Origin: Myxococcota bacterium
Lineage (GTDB): Bacteria; Myxococcota_A; UBA9160; SZUA-336
DNA: 64,000 nt
Assembly: GCA_965247115.1 (NCBI GenBank)
Contig: CBDFGR010000001.1
Coordinates: forward strand, 96,001 to 160,000
Direction: 5' to 3'
The translations under genes were made by a program, and so were the position numbers. Numbering within the stretch: position 1 is the first letter of the stretch; the number at the start of each line of letters is the position of its first letter. Shown piece after piece: positions 29,481-42,310 of this stretch. The notes under the pieces were generated by a model, which did no database searches, was not told the DNA's origin, and saw only the letters and a list, made by a program, of their open reading frames with translations.

Positions 29481-31520
29481 TTAGAAGCTCGCGTTGTCGA
29501 TGAAGTGCGATAGGGCCTCGGCCATGTCGTTCGCGGACTCGAAGCGGTCCTCGGGCTCCTTCTCGCAGGCCGTGCGGATGACCTGCGAGATCACGTCTGG
29601 CAGCTCCGGCTGGTGCTGCCGGGGGTCCGGCAACGTCAGATGGAGCTGCTGATCGACGATGTCCTCCCCTCCGAAGGGGCGGCGGCCCGTCGCCATCTCG
29701 AACATGGAGATGCCGAGCGCGTACAGATCGGCCCTGCCGTCGAGCTCGCTGCCAAGAATCTGCTCGGGCGGCATGTACTGCGGCGTCCCCTTCGCCTTGT
29801 TCAGTCCTTCGCCGCCCGCCTCCACCGCTCGGCTGATCCCGAAGTCCATCAGCTTCGCCTTGCCGTCGGGCGCGATAAGCATGTTGCTTGGCTTGATGTC
29901 GCGGTGCACCACATTTTGGGTGTGCGCGAAGGCGAGCGCGTGACAGATCTCGCGGCCGATCTCCGCCACCCGCAAGGGACGCAGGGCCTGCCGCTGCTTC
30001 GAGTCCGGAACGGTCATCAGCTCTCGGACCGTCCGGCCCTGCACGTACTCCATCACGATACAGGGCTGGGCGCCGATCACCGCGACGTCATAGATGTGGA
30101 CGATGTTCGGATGGTTCATGGCCGCCGCGGAGCGGGCCTCCTGGCGGAACATCTTGAGGGCTGCGGGATTCGACGCCAGCTCCGCCGGCAGGAACTTGAT
30201 TGCGACCGGTCGCTCGAGCTCCTTATCCCAGGCGCGGTAGACGATACCCATGCCGCCGCGTCCGATCTCCTCGCGCAGGTCGTAGCGCTCGGTATGGTAC
30301 GCGGCAGCGCTCTCGCTAGAGGCGCCCCAGACACGCTCCTGTAGACGTTCGATTCGCGCTGCGACGTCGCCGAAGCTGGAGTCCACGTCGACGATCTCGT
30401 TCAGCACGTCGAGCGCCCCCATGGCATCCTCCGAGCGCTCGAGCGTCTCGGCGAGCTGGGCGAGCAGCTCGAGGTCATCCTTGCTGGTCGGGCTCTCGGG
30501 GCGGATCGAGAGCAGTGTGTCGCGCGCACGATCGAACAGCCCCTTCTCGTGAAAGATGCGGGCCAGGAGCTGGCTCGCCGGTCGGCGATCGACGGAGTCG
30601 TCGGGGACGGTCCGGAGCACGTCAGCGGCCCGTTCGTAGGAGCCCAGCTCGTAGAAGGCATTCGCAGCGGCCAGGTGGTGGCCGAGTCGTACGCTCATGG
30701 AGGCCGCCCGCATGCGATTGCCGGCCCGCTCGAAGCTGTCGCGCGCCTTTTCGATCGCCCCCGCCTTCTCGTAGGCCAGCGCCGCTCGCGACCAGGCACC
30801 ATCCTGGGCGTAGGCTTCCGCAGCGGCGTCCAACTCGTCGCGCTCCTCCAGCAGCTCCGCCGCACGCGAGAGCTCCCCCGCCTCCATCCAGCACTCGGCG
30901 GCGCGCTTCGAGGCACCCGCGGCCTGAAACTGCTCCGCGGCGCGGCGGAGTACGGCGGGTGAACGCCCCCTGGCCGCGAGCAGAGCCTCGCCCGCCTCGA
31001 CCCCCATGCTCGCCCTGGCGTACAGGCGCGCGGCGCTCTCGGCGTCTCCGATCGTGCTCAGGATCTCAGCGGCGGTGTCGAGCTGGTCCGCCCGCTCGTA
31101 GAGCTCGGCCGCCTCGCGATCGCAACCGAGCTGGTGCAGGCAAGTGGCCGCATCCGCCCACTGTCCCGCCGCCTCGAAGTAGTGGGCCGCCTCCGCCAGA
31201 CGACCGATTTCCCGGTACGTTTCCGCGGCTCTTACCGGCTGCTTCAGGCGCAGGTGGCACTGCGCGACCTTGGCCAGCTCGCCCGCGTTCTGAAACAGCG
31301 CCAGCGCACTCCGGACCTGACCCTCGGAGAGGCGCAGCTCGGCCGCCTGTTTGTAGTTCCCGGCCTCGATCAGGCGGCGCACGCTCGCGTCGATGCTCTC
31401 GGCGGCCGCAGGTGCGCGCTGGCGCCGCGCGACCCACGCCCCGGCCACGAGCAGGGTGCCAAGCAGCAGCGCGACGCCGACGAGGACGATGTCCATGGCG
31501 AGCATCTCGAACTCGCTCAC
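29481..31520 (-). CDS. Membrane-anchored Ser/Thr protein kinase with TPR/SNAP-like repeats
   Basis: N-terminal TM, AAELYERA-type repeats, IGRGGMGIVY, VAIK, HRDIKPSN, DFG, GTPQYM. Confidence 0.92.
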   Translation of the reverse strand: MSEFEMLAMDIVLVGVALLLGTLLVAGAWVARRQRAPAAAESIDASVRRLIEAGNYKQAAELRLSEGQVRSALALFQNAGELAKVAQCHLRLKQPVRAAETYREIGRLAEAAHYFEAAGQWADAATCLHQLGCDREAAELYERADQLDTAAEILSTIGDAESAARLYARASMGVEAGEALLAARGRSPAVLRRAAEQFQAAGASKRAAECWMEAGELSRAAELLEERDELDAAAEAYAQDGAWSRAALAYEKAGAIEKARDSFERAGNRMRAASMSVRLGHHLAAANAFYELGSYERAADVLRTVPDDSVDRRPASQLLARIFHEKGLFDRARDTLLSIRPESPTSKDDLELLAQLAETLERSEDAMGALDVLNEIVDVDSSFGDVAARIERLQERVWGASSESAAAYHTERYDLREEIGRGGMGIVYRAWDKELERPVAIKFLPAELASNPAALKMFRQEARSAAAMNHPNIVHIYDVAVIGAQPCIVMEYVQGRTVRELMTVPDSKQRQALRPLRVAEIGREICHALAFAHTQNVVHRDIKPSNMLIAPDGKAKLMDFGISRAVEAGGEGLNKAKGTPQYMPPEQILGSELDGRADLYALGISMFEMATGRRPFGGEDIVDQQLHLTLPDPRQHQPELPDVISQVIRTACEKEPEDRFESANDMAEALSHFIDNASF

Positions 31521-31675
31521 GGCTTGCCGCACTCCTTCTGGTCCGATCTGTCCACCACGGGCGCTCCTGTCTCTCGCGCGAGGATCCGCTCTTCCGCACC
31601 ACGCGCTCCACGAAGTTTCGGCCTCTGGCAGGCTGGTGTTTAGCCACGCCGCGGCGAGCTCCCTATCCTCTCGAC

Positions 31676-33043
31676 GTGCACCTGCTTCACAAGGAGCTCT
31701 CCCGCTTCCTGCGGGAGATGGGCGTCTCGCGAGAGGAAAACGTCCTCGTGGCGGTGTCGGGGGGAGCGGATTCGGTCGCGCTCCTGCACGGGCTCGCAAG
31801 CATCGGCCAGCGCGTGGCCGTCGGTCACGTACACCACGGCTTGCGCGGGGCAGCGGCTGATGCAGATCTCGTCTTCGTTCGTGGGCGCTGTGCGGAGCTC
31901 GGGCTGGAGTTCCGGGCCGCGCGGGTTGACGCGAGCCGGCGCGATGCGCGCTCTCCGGAAGCTCGCGCGCGGGAGCTCCGCTACTCGGAGCTCGAGCGCA
32001 TGCGGAGGGAGCTCGGCTGTGCGTGGACCGCGACGGCGCACACGCTCGACGACCAGGCGGAGACCGTACTGCTGAGGGCGATCCGGGGCAGCGGCCTGAC
32101 AGGGCTCGCGGGCATTCACCCGAGGCTGGAGGACGGACGCGTCCTGCGTCCCACGCTTGGCTTGCGACGCGAGCTCTTGCAGAGCTACCTGCGGGAGCGC
32201 GGGCTTGGCTGGCGCGAGGACCAGACGAACGCCGATGTCTCGATTCCGCGCAACCGACTCCGGGCCGAAGTCCTTCCTGTGCTGGAGCAGGTTCACTCCG
32301 GCGCGGCGCGCAAGCTCGCCCAGCTGGCGCGGATTGCGCGCGAGACCGAGGCGGCTGCCGACCATGAGGTCGAGCGGCGCCTCGCACGGGCGACTTCCAG
32401 GAGCGACGGCGGGGTGTGGCTCGACACGCGCGAGCTGGACTCGCTCGGAACCGAGCCGCGAGTGCGCGCGCTGAGGCTGCTACTCGGCCGTGCGGGACTG
32501 GCCAACCGGGTCACGAGTGTGCACCTGCGCCGCGTCGAGACCTTCTGTTTCCATGCGGACCGGGCGCCCTCGCTCTCGCTGCCGCGCCAGCACATGTTGT
32601 TCCGTGACGGCGCCCGGATCTGGCTCGGGCCGCTGCCCGGACCGCGCTTTCCCGCGCCCGTCAGCGTCTGGCTCGGGCCGCCGGACCGCCTCGAATTCCC
32701 GGAACGAGATGTCCGTCTCAGCTGGAGAGAGCCGGACGAGCGCGCTCTCGGGGGGAACGCTCTGATCCTGCCTGCCCGACCCACCCCACTCCTGTGTATC
32801 CGCAGCCCGCGCCCTGGGGACCGAGTCCTGCTGCGCGGCCGCAGAGCGCCAAAGCCGCTGGCAAAGCTGTTCCGCGCCGCACACTGGAGCAAGGGGGAGC
32901 GGGCCAGGGCGCTCCTCGTCGAGAGTGCTGGCGAGATCGTCTGGGTGCCCGGGCTGACCGCTGCCGCTCCGCGCTCCGAGAGCGATTCGGGGGTCTGGCA
33001 GCTCGTCGTCGAGCCGCTTTCGAGGGCAGCGCAGAGTTGGTAA
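31676..33043 (+). CDS. tilS: tRNA(Ile)-lysidine synthetase
   Basis: VAVSGGADS, TAHTLDDQAETVL, PRNRLR; precedes ftsH. Confidence 0.95.
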   Translation: MHLLHKELSRFLREMGVSREENVLVAVSGGADSVALLHGLASIGQRVAVGHVHHGLRGAAADADLVFVRGRCAELGLEFRAARVDASRRDARSPEARARELRYSELERMRRELGCAWTATAHTLDDQAETVLLRAIRGSGLTGLAGIHPRLEDGRVLRPTLGLRRELLQSYLRERGLGWREDQTNADVSIPRNRLRAEVLPVLEQVHSGAARKLAQLARIARETEAAADHEVERRLARATSRSDGGVWLDTRELDSLGTEPRVRALRLLLGRAGLANRVTSVHLRRVETFCFHADRAPSLSLPRQHMLFRDGARIWLGPLPGPRFPAPVSVWLGPPDRLEFPERDVRLSWREPDERALGGNALILPARPTPLLCIRSPRPGDRVLLRGRRAPKPLAKLFRAAHWSKGERARALLVESAGEIVWVPGLTAAAPRSESDSGVWQLVVEPLSRAAQSW

Positions 33044-33092
33044 GATTCTATGACTTCTCGCGTGCTTAGCGCGACCGCGGCACGGAGGCCGT

Positions 33093-35006
<1,914 letters not shown>

Positions 35007-35030
35007 CCCCTCGAACAGGAGTGAGTCGGC

Positions 35031-35879
35031 GTGACCGAGGCGCTCTTCGAATGGCTCACTGACCTCTCGACGTCGCTGTCCGAGAACTTCCACCCGGTCT
35101 GGGACACGCTCGACATCTTCGTCGTGGCCTGTGCAGTCTATTGGCTCCTGATGCGGATCCGCGGCACACGCGCCGCACAGATGACCCTGGGCCTGTTGAT
35201 CCTGGTCCTGATCTGGCGCCTGAGCGATCTCTTCGAGCTTGCCACCGTCGGGTTCCTGCTCGACCGCTTCTGGACCTCGGGGCTGATCATCCTGATCATC
35301 ATCTTCCAGAGCGACATCCGCCGGGCGCTGACACGGGTCGGTGGCGGTCTGTTCGCTGCCGGCCGCAGCCAGGGGGCGCGCTCGATCGAGGAGATCGTGC
35401 GTGCCTGTCAGGCGCTGGCGCAGCGGCGTGTCGGTGCGCTGCTCGCGATCGAGCGCGAGATCGAGATCGGCGAGTTCGTGGAGCCCGGAACGACGCTCGA
35501 CGCCGAGCTCTCGCGCGACCTGCTGATCGCCTTGTTCCTGCCGTACTCGCCCCTTCACGACGGCGCGGTGGTGATCCGGCGCGACCGCATTGCCTCGGCA
35601 GGCTGCATCCTGCCGCTCGCCCTGCGGAGCGACATCCCGACGGCCCTCGGGACGCGGCACCGGGCAGCCGTCGGCATCACGGAGGAGACCGATGCCCTCG
35701 TGGTGGTGGTCTCGGAAGAGACGGGCAGAATCTCGCTTGTGACGGCTGGTGAGATCGCCGAAGACCTCGACGGCCCGCACCTTCGGGAGGCGCTGCGGCG
35801 GCTTACCGGCGGAGCTCGCGGTGAGTCGATGGACCTGGAGGAGTCGCTCCAGGAGCCCGCCCCGCAGAGTGCGAGCTGA
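35031..35879 (+). CDS. cdaA: Diadenylate cyclase CdaA
   Basis: Three TMs; PLHDGA and GTRHRAA motifs. Confidence 0.95.
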   Translation: MTEALFEWLTDLSTSLSENFHPVWDTLDIFVVACAVYWLLMRIRGTRAAQMTLGLLILVLIWRLSDLFELATVGFLLDRFWTSGLIILIIIFQSDIRRALTRVGGGLFAAGRSQGARSIEEIVRACQALAQRRVGALLAIEREIEIGEFVEPGTTLDAELSRDLLIALFLPYSPLHDGAVVIRRDRIASAGCILPLALRSDIPTALGTRHRAAVGITEETDALVVVVSEETGRISLVTAGEIAEDLDGPHLREALRRLTGGARGESMDLEESLQEPAPQSAS

Positions 35880-35882
35880 GCC

Positions 35883-36560
35883 GTGCGGATCTTCGACAAC
35901 CTGATCTACAAGATCGCAGCGCTCCTGGTGGCCACTGTGCTGTGGGCGACTGCGCAGGGCTTCCGCTCGGTCGAGCAGGGACTGGACCTGCCGATCGTTC
36001 TGCAAGACGTGCCTTCGGAGCTCGTCGCGGTCGACCAGTCTGCGCACGAGATCAACCTGCGCATCGTCGGTAGCCGGGCTGCCCTGCGCCAGGCTGAGAA
36101 GAACCTGCTCCGGTATCCGCTCTCCCTGTCCGACATCAAGCCCGGAGAGGCCCGCTTCTCGGTCACCACGGACCAGCTCAGTCTGCCTCGAGGGGCGCGC
36201 ATCTCGGCGCGCTCCCCCTCGACGATCACGCTCCAGATCGAGCGTGTGCTGACGAAGCGCGTCAAGGTGCGTCCGGACCTGGGCGGCGCGCTGCCAGAAG
36301 GCCTGCGCGTGGAGGCGGTCAGCGTGGAGCCCGGGGAGGTCGTCCTGGAGGGTGCCCGGAGCAGTATGCGCCGGATTCGCGAGGTGATGACCGACCGGAT
36401 CGACCTCGCACGCCTGCGGGAGACCACTACCCTGGAGACCACCCTGATTCTGGGCTATCCGCACGTCTGGAGGCAGGAGCCGGAGAACGGTCCCGTGCGC
36501 GTACACATCGATGTCGTGGCCGACCCGCAGGAGGGCGAGCTGGACGGGACCACGAGCTGA
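35883..36560 (+). CDS. cdaR: CdaR/YbbR-domain protein
   Basis: N-terminal anchor, YbbR-like beta domains, position between cdaA and glmM. Confidence 0.85.
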   Translation: MRIFDNLIYKIAALLVATVLWATAQGFRSVEQGLDLPIVLQDVPSELVAVDQSAHEINLRIVGSRAALRQAEKNLLRYPLSLSDIKPGEARFSVTTDQLSLPRGARISARSPSTITLQIERVLTKRVKVRPDLGGALPEGLRVEAVSVEPGEVVLEGARSSMRRIREVMTDRIDLARLRETTTLETTLILGYPHVWRQEPENGPVRVHIDVVADPQEGELDGTTS

Positions 36561-36576
36561 TGGAGGTGGCCGAGTC

Positions 36577-37947
36577 ATGAGCGAGCGCGAGCTCTTCGGA
36601 ACGGATGGGATCCGCGGCCGCGCGAACGTGTATCCCATGACCGCCGAGGTGCTGATGGAGGTTGGACGCGCCATGGCCCACGTCTTCCGGCTCGGCGGCA
36701 CCGGCTCGCACCAGGTCCTGATCGCCAAGGACACGCGCCGCTCCGGCTACATGTTGGAGGACGCGCTGGCCGCCGGCCTTTGCTCCATGGGCGTGAACGT
36801 TCTGCAGGTCGGCCCGATGCCGACACCAGGCCTCGCCTTCCTGACGGCCGACATGCGCTGCGACGCCGGCGCCATGATCTCCGCCTCGCACAATCCCTTC
36901 CAGGACAACGGGGTCAAGTTCTTCTCCCGCGAAGGCTTCAAGCTCCCGGACGCCGTGGAGGTCGAGATCGAACGCCTCGTACACTCCGCCGAGCTCGCCG
37001 ACCAGCGCCCGGTCGGTGCCGATCTAGGCTATGCGCGCCGGATCGACGAGGCTGGCGGCCGCTACATCGTGTTCCTCAAGAAGACCTTTCCACGGGAGTA
37101 CACGCTCGAGGGGCTGCGTATCGCGGTGGACTGCGCCAACGGTGCGGCCTACAGGGTTGCGCCGGCCGTGCTCGCAGAGCTCGGCGCGGAGGTGATCCCG
37201 GTCGGGACCGAGCCGAACGGTGTGAACATCAACGCGGGCTGCGGTGCCCTGTATCCACAGAACGTGGCCCAGACGGTGCGCGAGTACCGTGCGGATCTCG
37301 GGATCGCGCTCGACGGAGATGCAGACCGCGTGATCATGGCCGCCGAGGACGGGACGATCGTCGACGGGGATCACATCCTGGCGATGTGCGCGCTGGAGAT
37401 GCAGAAGAGCGGCACGCTCTCGGGTGGTGCCGTGGTTGCGACGGTCATGAGCAATCTCGGCTTGGAGCGCGCGCTCCAGCGGGCGGGCATCGAGCTCGTG
37501 CGCTGCGACGTGGGCGACCGCTACGTGGTGGAGACGATGCTCCGCCATAACCTCAACCTGGGTGGCGAGCAGTCCGGGCACCTGATCTTTCTCGACCACA
37601 TCGCCACGGGTGACGGGATCCTCTCCGCGCTGCAGGTGCTCGCGCTCATGTGTCGGGAGCAGCAACCGCTCTCGCAGCTCGCCCGCCTGATGGAGCCCGT
37701 TCCCCAGGTGCTGCGAAGCGTGCGGGTGCGCGCCAAGCCTCCACTCGGGGAGCTCGAGCGCCTGCAAACGAAGGTGAGCGATATCGAGGCCGAGCTCGGT
37801 ACCGAGGGCCGAGTCGTGGTTCGCTACTCCGGGACCGAGCCGCTGGCGCGCGTGATGATCGAAGGCGACGATGCCCGCCGAATCGAGACGCTGGCCGCAG
37901 AGTGCTGCGAGGAGATCACCAAGGCACTGGGGGAGGACGTCGAGTGA
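36577..37947 (+). CDS. glmM: Phosphoglucosamine mutase
   Basis: [36 protein letters not shown]. Confidence 0.97.
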   Translation: MSERELFGTDGIRGRANVYPMTAEVLMEVGRAMAHVFRLGGTGSHQVLIAKDTRRSGYMLEDALAAGLCSMGVNVLQVGPMPTPGLAFLTADMRCDAGAMISASHNPFQDNGVKFFSREGFKLPDAVEVEIERLVHSAELADQRPVGADLGYARRIDEAGGRYIVFLKKTFPREYTLEGLRIAVDCANGAAYRVAPAVLAELGAEVIPVGTEPNGVNINAGCGALYPQNVAQTVREYRADLGIALDGDADRVIMAAEDGTIVDGDHILAMCALEMQKSGTLSGGAVVATVMSNLGLERALQRAGIELVRCDVGDRYVVETMLRHNLNLGGEQSGHLIFLDHIATGDGILSALQVLALMCREQQPLSQLARLMEPVPQVLRSVRVRAKPPLGELERLQTKVSDIEAELGTEGRVVVRYSGTEPLARVMIEGDDARRIETLAAECCEEITKALGEDVE

Positions 37948-38657
37948 GCCGACCCCGACTGGTTGTGAATGTGGACCACGTGGCCACCCTGCGTCAGGCG
38001 CGGCGGGGCGTCGAGCCCGACCCGGTCGCGGCCGCGACCCTCGCTCTGCTTGGCGGCGCCGAAGGCATCGTCGTCCATTTGCGCGAGGATCGGCGTCACA
38101 TTCAGGATCGTGACGTGCGCCTCCTGCGCCAGGTCGTGCATGGGCTCTTCTGCCTCGAGATGGCCGCCACGCAGGAGATGCTCAAGGTTGCTCTCGAGGT
38201 GCGACCCAGCTCCGTCACGCTCGTTCCCGAGCGGCGCGAAGAGCTCACGACCGAAGGCGGCCTGGATCTGGTCGGGCAGCTGGGCGAGATCGGAGAGGTC
38301 GTGCGCACGCTCGGCGAGTCGGAGATCCGCAGCTGCGTGTTCATCGATCCAGACCTGGATCAGATCAAGGCCGCCCACCGTGTCGGGGTGCAGGCCGTCG
38401 AGGTCCACACGGGACGCTACGCTGACGCCGGGGACGCCGCCCAGGACGAGCTCCGGCGCGTCTGTGATGCCGTGCGCCTGGCTGCGAAGCTGAAGCTCGA
38501 AGTGGGCGTCGGGCACGGGCTCGACTATCAGAACGTGCGGCCGCTGGTCGACGTCGAGCAGATCGAGGAGTATTCGATCGGACACTCCATCGTGTCACGG
38601 GCCGCCCTGGTCGGCATGGAGCGCGCCGTCTTCGAGATGCGTTCCCTTGTCGGCTGA
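37944..38657 (+). CDS. pdxJ: Pyridoxine 5'-phosphate synthase
   Basis: [31 protein letters not shown]. Confidence 0.97.
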   Translation: MSRPRLVVNVDHVATLRQARRGVEPDPVAAATLALLGGAEGIVVHLREDRRHIQDRDVRLLRQVVHGLFCLEMAATQEMLKVALEVRPSSVTLVPERREELTTEGGLDLVGQLGEIGEVVRTLGESEIRSCVFIDPDLDQIKAAHRVGVQAVEVHTGRYADAGDAAQDELRRVCDAVRLAAKLKLEVGVGHGLDYQNVRPLVDVEQIEEYSIGHSIVSRAALVGMERAVFEMRSLVG

Positions 38658-39039
38658 GCTCGTCGGCGTCGCCGTTCGCCTGATCGAGGTCGAGCGTCTG
38701 CGGCGCGCGCTGGAGCGCTTCGGCGATCGGCTGCGTTCGCGGGTCTTCACGTCCGCCGAGCTGGCCTATGCAGCCCGCAAGCGAAACGGGGAGCAGAATC
38801 TGGCCGCCCGGCTCGCGGCAAAGCTCGCCGCGCGACAGCTGCTGCGCGAGAGCTCCGGCTCGAGTGCGCGGCTCCGCGATCTCGAGGTCGTGCGCAAGCG
38901 CAGCGGCGAGCCGGAGCTGCGCGTGCGGGACGGGCAGCGCCTGCCGGTCTCTCTGACCCACGACGCGCGCTTCGCCCTGGCAAGCGTCTGGCTGGAGGGG
39001 CCTCGCCGGCCTATCTCGCGATGTACAAGCGCCGGGTAG
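38647..39039 (+). CDS. acpS: Holo-ACP synthase homologue with degenerate catalytic motifs
   Basis: [25 protein letters not shown]; pdxJ-acpS-nnr synteny. Confidence 0.8.
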   Translation: MSAELVGVAVRLIEVERLRRALERFGDRLRSRVFTSAELAYAARKRNGEQNLAARLAAKLAARQLLRESSGSSARLRDLEVVRKRSGEPELRVRDGQRLPVSLTHDARFALASVWLEGPRRPISRCTSAG

Positions 39040-39043
39040 CGGT

Positions 39044-40633
39044 GTGAGTCTGCACGAGCTCCGGGCAGGGGGGTGGCCGTGCCCGACCGGCACCGAGATG
39101 GGCCACGTCGACGCCTATGCGATCGAGACGTGCGGCATTCCGGGACGCGTGCTGATGGAGGCCGCGGGCCGTGCGGTCGCAGAGGCCGTGCGGCGCGCGT
39201 ACCCCGACACACGGCGTCCGCTCGTGGTCTGCGGCGGCGGCAACAACGGCGGTGACGGCTTCGTGATCTCGCGTTTGCTCCGCGACTGGGACCGCACCTG
39301 TCGACCGGTCGTGATCTCCTTTGCGGAGCAGGAGCGCCAGAGCCCGGAGGCGCGGGAGAATCTCGAGCTTCTGCTGAGCTCTGGAGTAGAAGTCACTGTC
39401 AGGCCGGGCCCGAAGGAGATTAAAGGACTCCTCGAGGGTTGCGACCTCTTGATCGATGCGGTCTTCGGCGTCGGCCTCTCCCGCTCGATCGAGGGTCCGC
39501 TCGCGGAGATCCTCCGCGCGCTCGCTGAGGCACGCCTGCCGACGGTGGCTGTGGATCTGCCGACCGGCATCTCGAGCGATCGGGGCACCGTGCTCGGGAC
39601 CGAGCTGCCGAGCGACGTGGTGGTCACGCTCGGCTTGCCAAAGCTCGGACTCGCCCTGCACCCCCGCTTCGCCGACGTCTGGGTCGCGGACATCGGCCTG
39701 CCGGCGGGCGCCGTGAAGCAAGCTGGCATCCGCCAGTTCCTGCTGAGCGCGGCTGCGGCGGCGCGCCTGCTGCCGGGCCGACCCCGCGAGGGGCACAAGG
39801 GCAGCTTTGGCCATGTGCTCGTGGTCGCGGGCTCGCTCGGAAAGACGGGTGCGGGCGTGCTGGCCGCCGAGGGCGCACTTCGCGCCGGCGCGGGTCTGGT
39901 CACCGTCGGCGTCCCCAGGAGCCTAAACTCGATCTTCGAGACCAAGCTGACAGAAGCGATGAGCCTGCCCGTGGGAGACGACGCTCCCTACCTCAGTGCG
40001 GACTCCATCGCGCTGCTGGCCAGCGAGGCCGCGAGGCGAGACGCGCTGGTCCTGGGACCGGGGCTCGGAACCGAGTCCGCGACGGTCGAGCTCGCGGTCG
40101 CGCTGCTCGAGCAGGTCACCGTCCCGGCGGTCGTCGACGCCGATGGGCTGAACGCCTTTGCGGGTCGGCCCGAGGCCATCGCGAGCTCCGCCCCGAGGGT
40201 GCTCACCCCGCATCCGGGCGAGGCTGCCCGCCTGCTGGGCTGGGCGAACGCCGCCGTGCAGGCCGACCGGGTCGGGGCGGCTCGCGCGCTAGCTGAGCGC
40301 TCGCGCGCGGTAGTCCTGCTCAAGGGCGCGAGGAGCCTGATCGCCTCGCCCGACGGAGAGCTGTGGATCAACCCGACGGGCGGCCCTGGGCTGGCCAGCG
40401 GAGGAACCGGGGACGTGCTGGCGGGCGTGGTCGGCGCCCTGCTGGCCCAACAGCTTCCGCCCCTCGATGCGGCGCGCCTCGGTGCCTATCTCCACGGCCT
40501 GGCCGGTGACCTCGGTCCCGCGGTCGGCGGACTGGCCGGGGAGGTCGCGGCGCGTCTCCCGGTAGCCTGGCAGCAGCTTCTGGAGCGAGAGGATGAGATC
40601 CGTGAGCCGGGACCGCTTACTCGCTTCCCGTAG
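39044..40633 (+). CDS. nnr: Bifunctional NAD(P)H-hydrate epimerase/dehydratase
   Basis: GNNGGDG, HKGSFG, TPHPGE, GGTGDVLAG. Confidence 0.95.
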   Translation: MSLHELRAGGWPCPTGTEMGHVDAYAIETCGIPGRVLMEAAGRAVAEAVRRAYPDTRRPLVVCGGGNNGGDGFVISRLLRDWDRTCRPVVISFAEQERQSPEARENLELLLSSGVEVTVRPGPKEIKGLLEGCDLLIDAVFGVGLSRSIEGPLAEILRALAEARLPTVAVDLPTGISSDRGTVLGTELPSDVVVTLGLPKLGLALHPRFADVWVADIGLPAGAVKQAGIRQFLLSAAAAARLLPGRPREGHKGSFGHVLVVAGSLGKTGAGVLAAEGALRAGAGLVTVGVPRSLNSIFETKLTEAMSLPVGDDAPYLSADSIALLASEAARRDALVLGPGLGTESATVELAVALLEQVTVPAVVDADGLNAFAGRPEAIASSAPRVLTPHPGEAARLLGWANAAVQADRVGAARALAERSRAVVLLKGARSLIASPDGELWINPTGGPGLASGGTGDVLAGVVGALLAQQLPPLDAARLGAYLHGLAGDLGPAVGGLAGEVAARLPVAWQQLLEREDEIREPGPLTRFP

Positions 40634-41081
40634 CGCGGAGGAAACTCGCCGGCTGGGCGCCCTGCTCGGAGAGCTTCTGGTGGGCGGCGACGTCGTCGGC
40701 GTGTCCGGCGAGCTCGGAGCGGGGAAGACCTGCCTGGTGCAGGGCATCGCGCTCGGCCTCGGCGTCGATCCGGCGATCCCCGTCACCAGCCCGACCTTCA
40801 CGCTGGTTGGCGAGTACCCAGGTCGCGTCGCCTTGCGGCATGCGGACTTCTACCGAGTAGAGAGCTACGCTCGACTCGACGCTGCGGGCTTCGTCGACCT
40901 GCTCGACAGCTCCGGAGTCCTGGTCGTCGAGTGGCCGGAGCGCTTTCCAGAGGCCCTGCCGGAGGAGCGCCTCGAGTTCACGATCGAGCTCGTCTCGGAG
41001 TCCGCGCGGCGACTCCGGCTCGCGTGCAAGGGAGAGCGTGCCGAGCAAGTGGGAAGGAGGCTCTGCGAGAAATGGGGCTGA
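40602..41081 (+). CDS. tsaE: t6A biosynthesis ATPase TsaE
   Basis: GELGAGKT, VTSPTFTLV, HADFYR, VEWPE. Confidence 0.96.
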   Translation: MSRDRLLASRSAEETRRLGALLGELLVGGDVVGVSGELGAGKTCLVQGIALGLGVDPAIPVTSPTFTLVGEYPGRVALRHADFYRVESYARLDAAGFVDLLDSSGVLVVEWPERFPEALPEERLEFTIELVSESARRLRLACKGERAEQVGRRLCEKWG

Positions 41082-42310
41082 TCGTTCAGAAGTTCGGCGG
41101 CACCTCTGTCGAGGACATCGCCAGGATCCACCGGGTCGCGCGCCGCGCGGTCGACGCGCAGAAGGCGGGGAACGACATCGTGGTCGTGGTCTCTGCGATG
41201 GCGGGCGAGACGAACGAGCTCGTGGAGCTGGCTGCGGAGGTGACGGGTGCGCCCGATCCGCGCGAGTACGACGTGCTGGTCTCCACCGGCGAGCAGAAGA
41301 GCGCGGCCCTGCTGGCCATGGCGATCCAGGTGCTCGGCGTGCCGGCTCGCTCGTTGCTCGCCAGCCAGGTGAAGATTCACACGGACAGCCAGCACGGGCG
41401 TGCTCGCATCCACCGGATCGATGGCGAGCTCATCCGCGCCGAGCTCGAGCGCGGCGCGGTCGTCGTCGTGCCGGGCTTTCAGGGCGTGTCCCCGCAGGGC
41501 GACATCACGACCATCGGTCGCGGGGGATCAGACACCAGCGCGGTTGCCCTTGCGGCTGCACTCTCTGCCGACGTCTGCGAGATCTACAGCGACGTCGAGG
41601 GCGTGTTCACGAGCGATCCGAACGTCGTGCCCAAGGCCCGCAAGCTCTCACGCGTCTCGCACGACGAGATGCTCGAGATGGCGAGTCTCGGTGCCAGGAT
41701 CCTGCAGACGCGGTCGGTCAAGTTCGGCAAGCAGTTCGGCGTGCCTATCCACGTGCGCAGCAGCTTCAACGACAAGGAGGGGACCTGGGTGGTTCCAGAG
41801 AACGAGATCATGGAGCGCCTGATCGTCTCGGGCGTGACCTACAACCGTGACGAGGCGAAGATCACCATCTTCGGGGTGTCCGACGTCCCCGGGGTGGCCG
41901 CCCGCATCTTCGTGCCCATGTCGGAGTCCGGAATCGTCGTCGACGTCATCGTCCAGAACGTGTCAACGCAGGGGCACACAGACGTGACCTTTACGGTTGC
42001 GCGCTCGGACCTCGAACGCGCGCTACCGATCGCGGAACGTCTGGTCGAGGAGCTCGGCGCGGTCGGCGTGGAGAGCAATGACGCGATCGCAAAGATCTCC
42101 GTGGTCGGCCTTGGCATGAAGGACCACGCCGGCGTTGCGGCCAAGATGTTCAAGGCGCTCTCGGACGAGGGCATCAACATCGAGATGATCAACACGTCCG
42201 AGATCAAGATCTCGGTTGTCGTGGAGGAGAAGTACACCGAGCTCGCGTGCCGCACTCTCCACGACGCCTTCGAGCTGGAGCAGATCGAGCCGGAGCAGGA
42301 GGAGCTCTGA
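41072..42310 (+). CDS. lysC: Aspartate kinase
   Basis: QKFGGTSV, GRGGSDTSA, two ACT domains, NTSEIKIS. Confidence 0.96.
   Translation: MGLIVQKFGGTSVEDIARIHRVARRAVDAQKAGNDIVVVVSAMAGETNELVELAAEVTGAPDPREYDVLVSTGEQKSAALLAMAIQVLGVPARSLLASQVKIHTDSQHGRARIHRIDGELIRAELERGAVVVVPGFQGVSPQGDITTIGRGGSDTSAVALAAALSADVCEIYSDVEGVFTSDPNVVPKARKLSRVSHDEMLEMASLGARILQTRSVKFGKQFGVPIHVRSSFNDKEGTWVVPENEIMERLIVSGVTYNRDEAKITIFGVSDVPGVAARIFVPMSESGIVVDVIVQNVSTQGHTDVTFTVARSDLERALPIAERLVEELGAVGVESNDAIAKISVVGLGMKDHAGVAAKMFKALSDEGINIEMINTSEIKISVVVEEKYTELACRTLHDAFELEQIEPEQEEL

Noticed and set aside
30515..32387. Long N-terminal extensions of tilS and the kinase in the ORF track
   Set aside because: They are mutually overlapping low-information sequence; recognisable protein starts near 31676 (+) and 31520 (-).
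35031..37947. Diadenylate cyclase as a CBASS-like or novel signalling locus
   Set aside because: cdaA-cdaR-glmM is the known conserved arrangement; only the absence of folP after ftsH differs.
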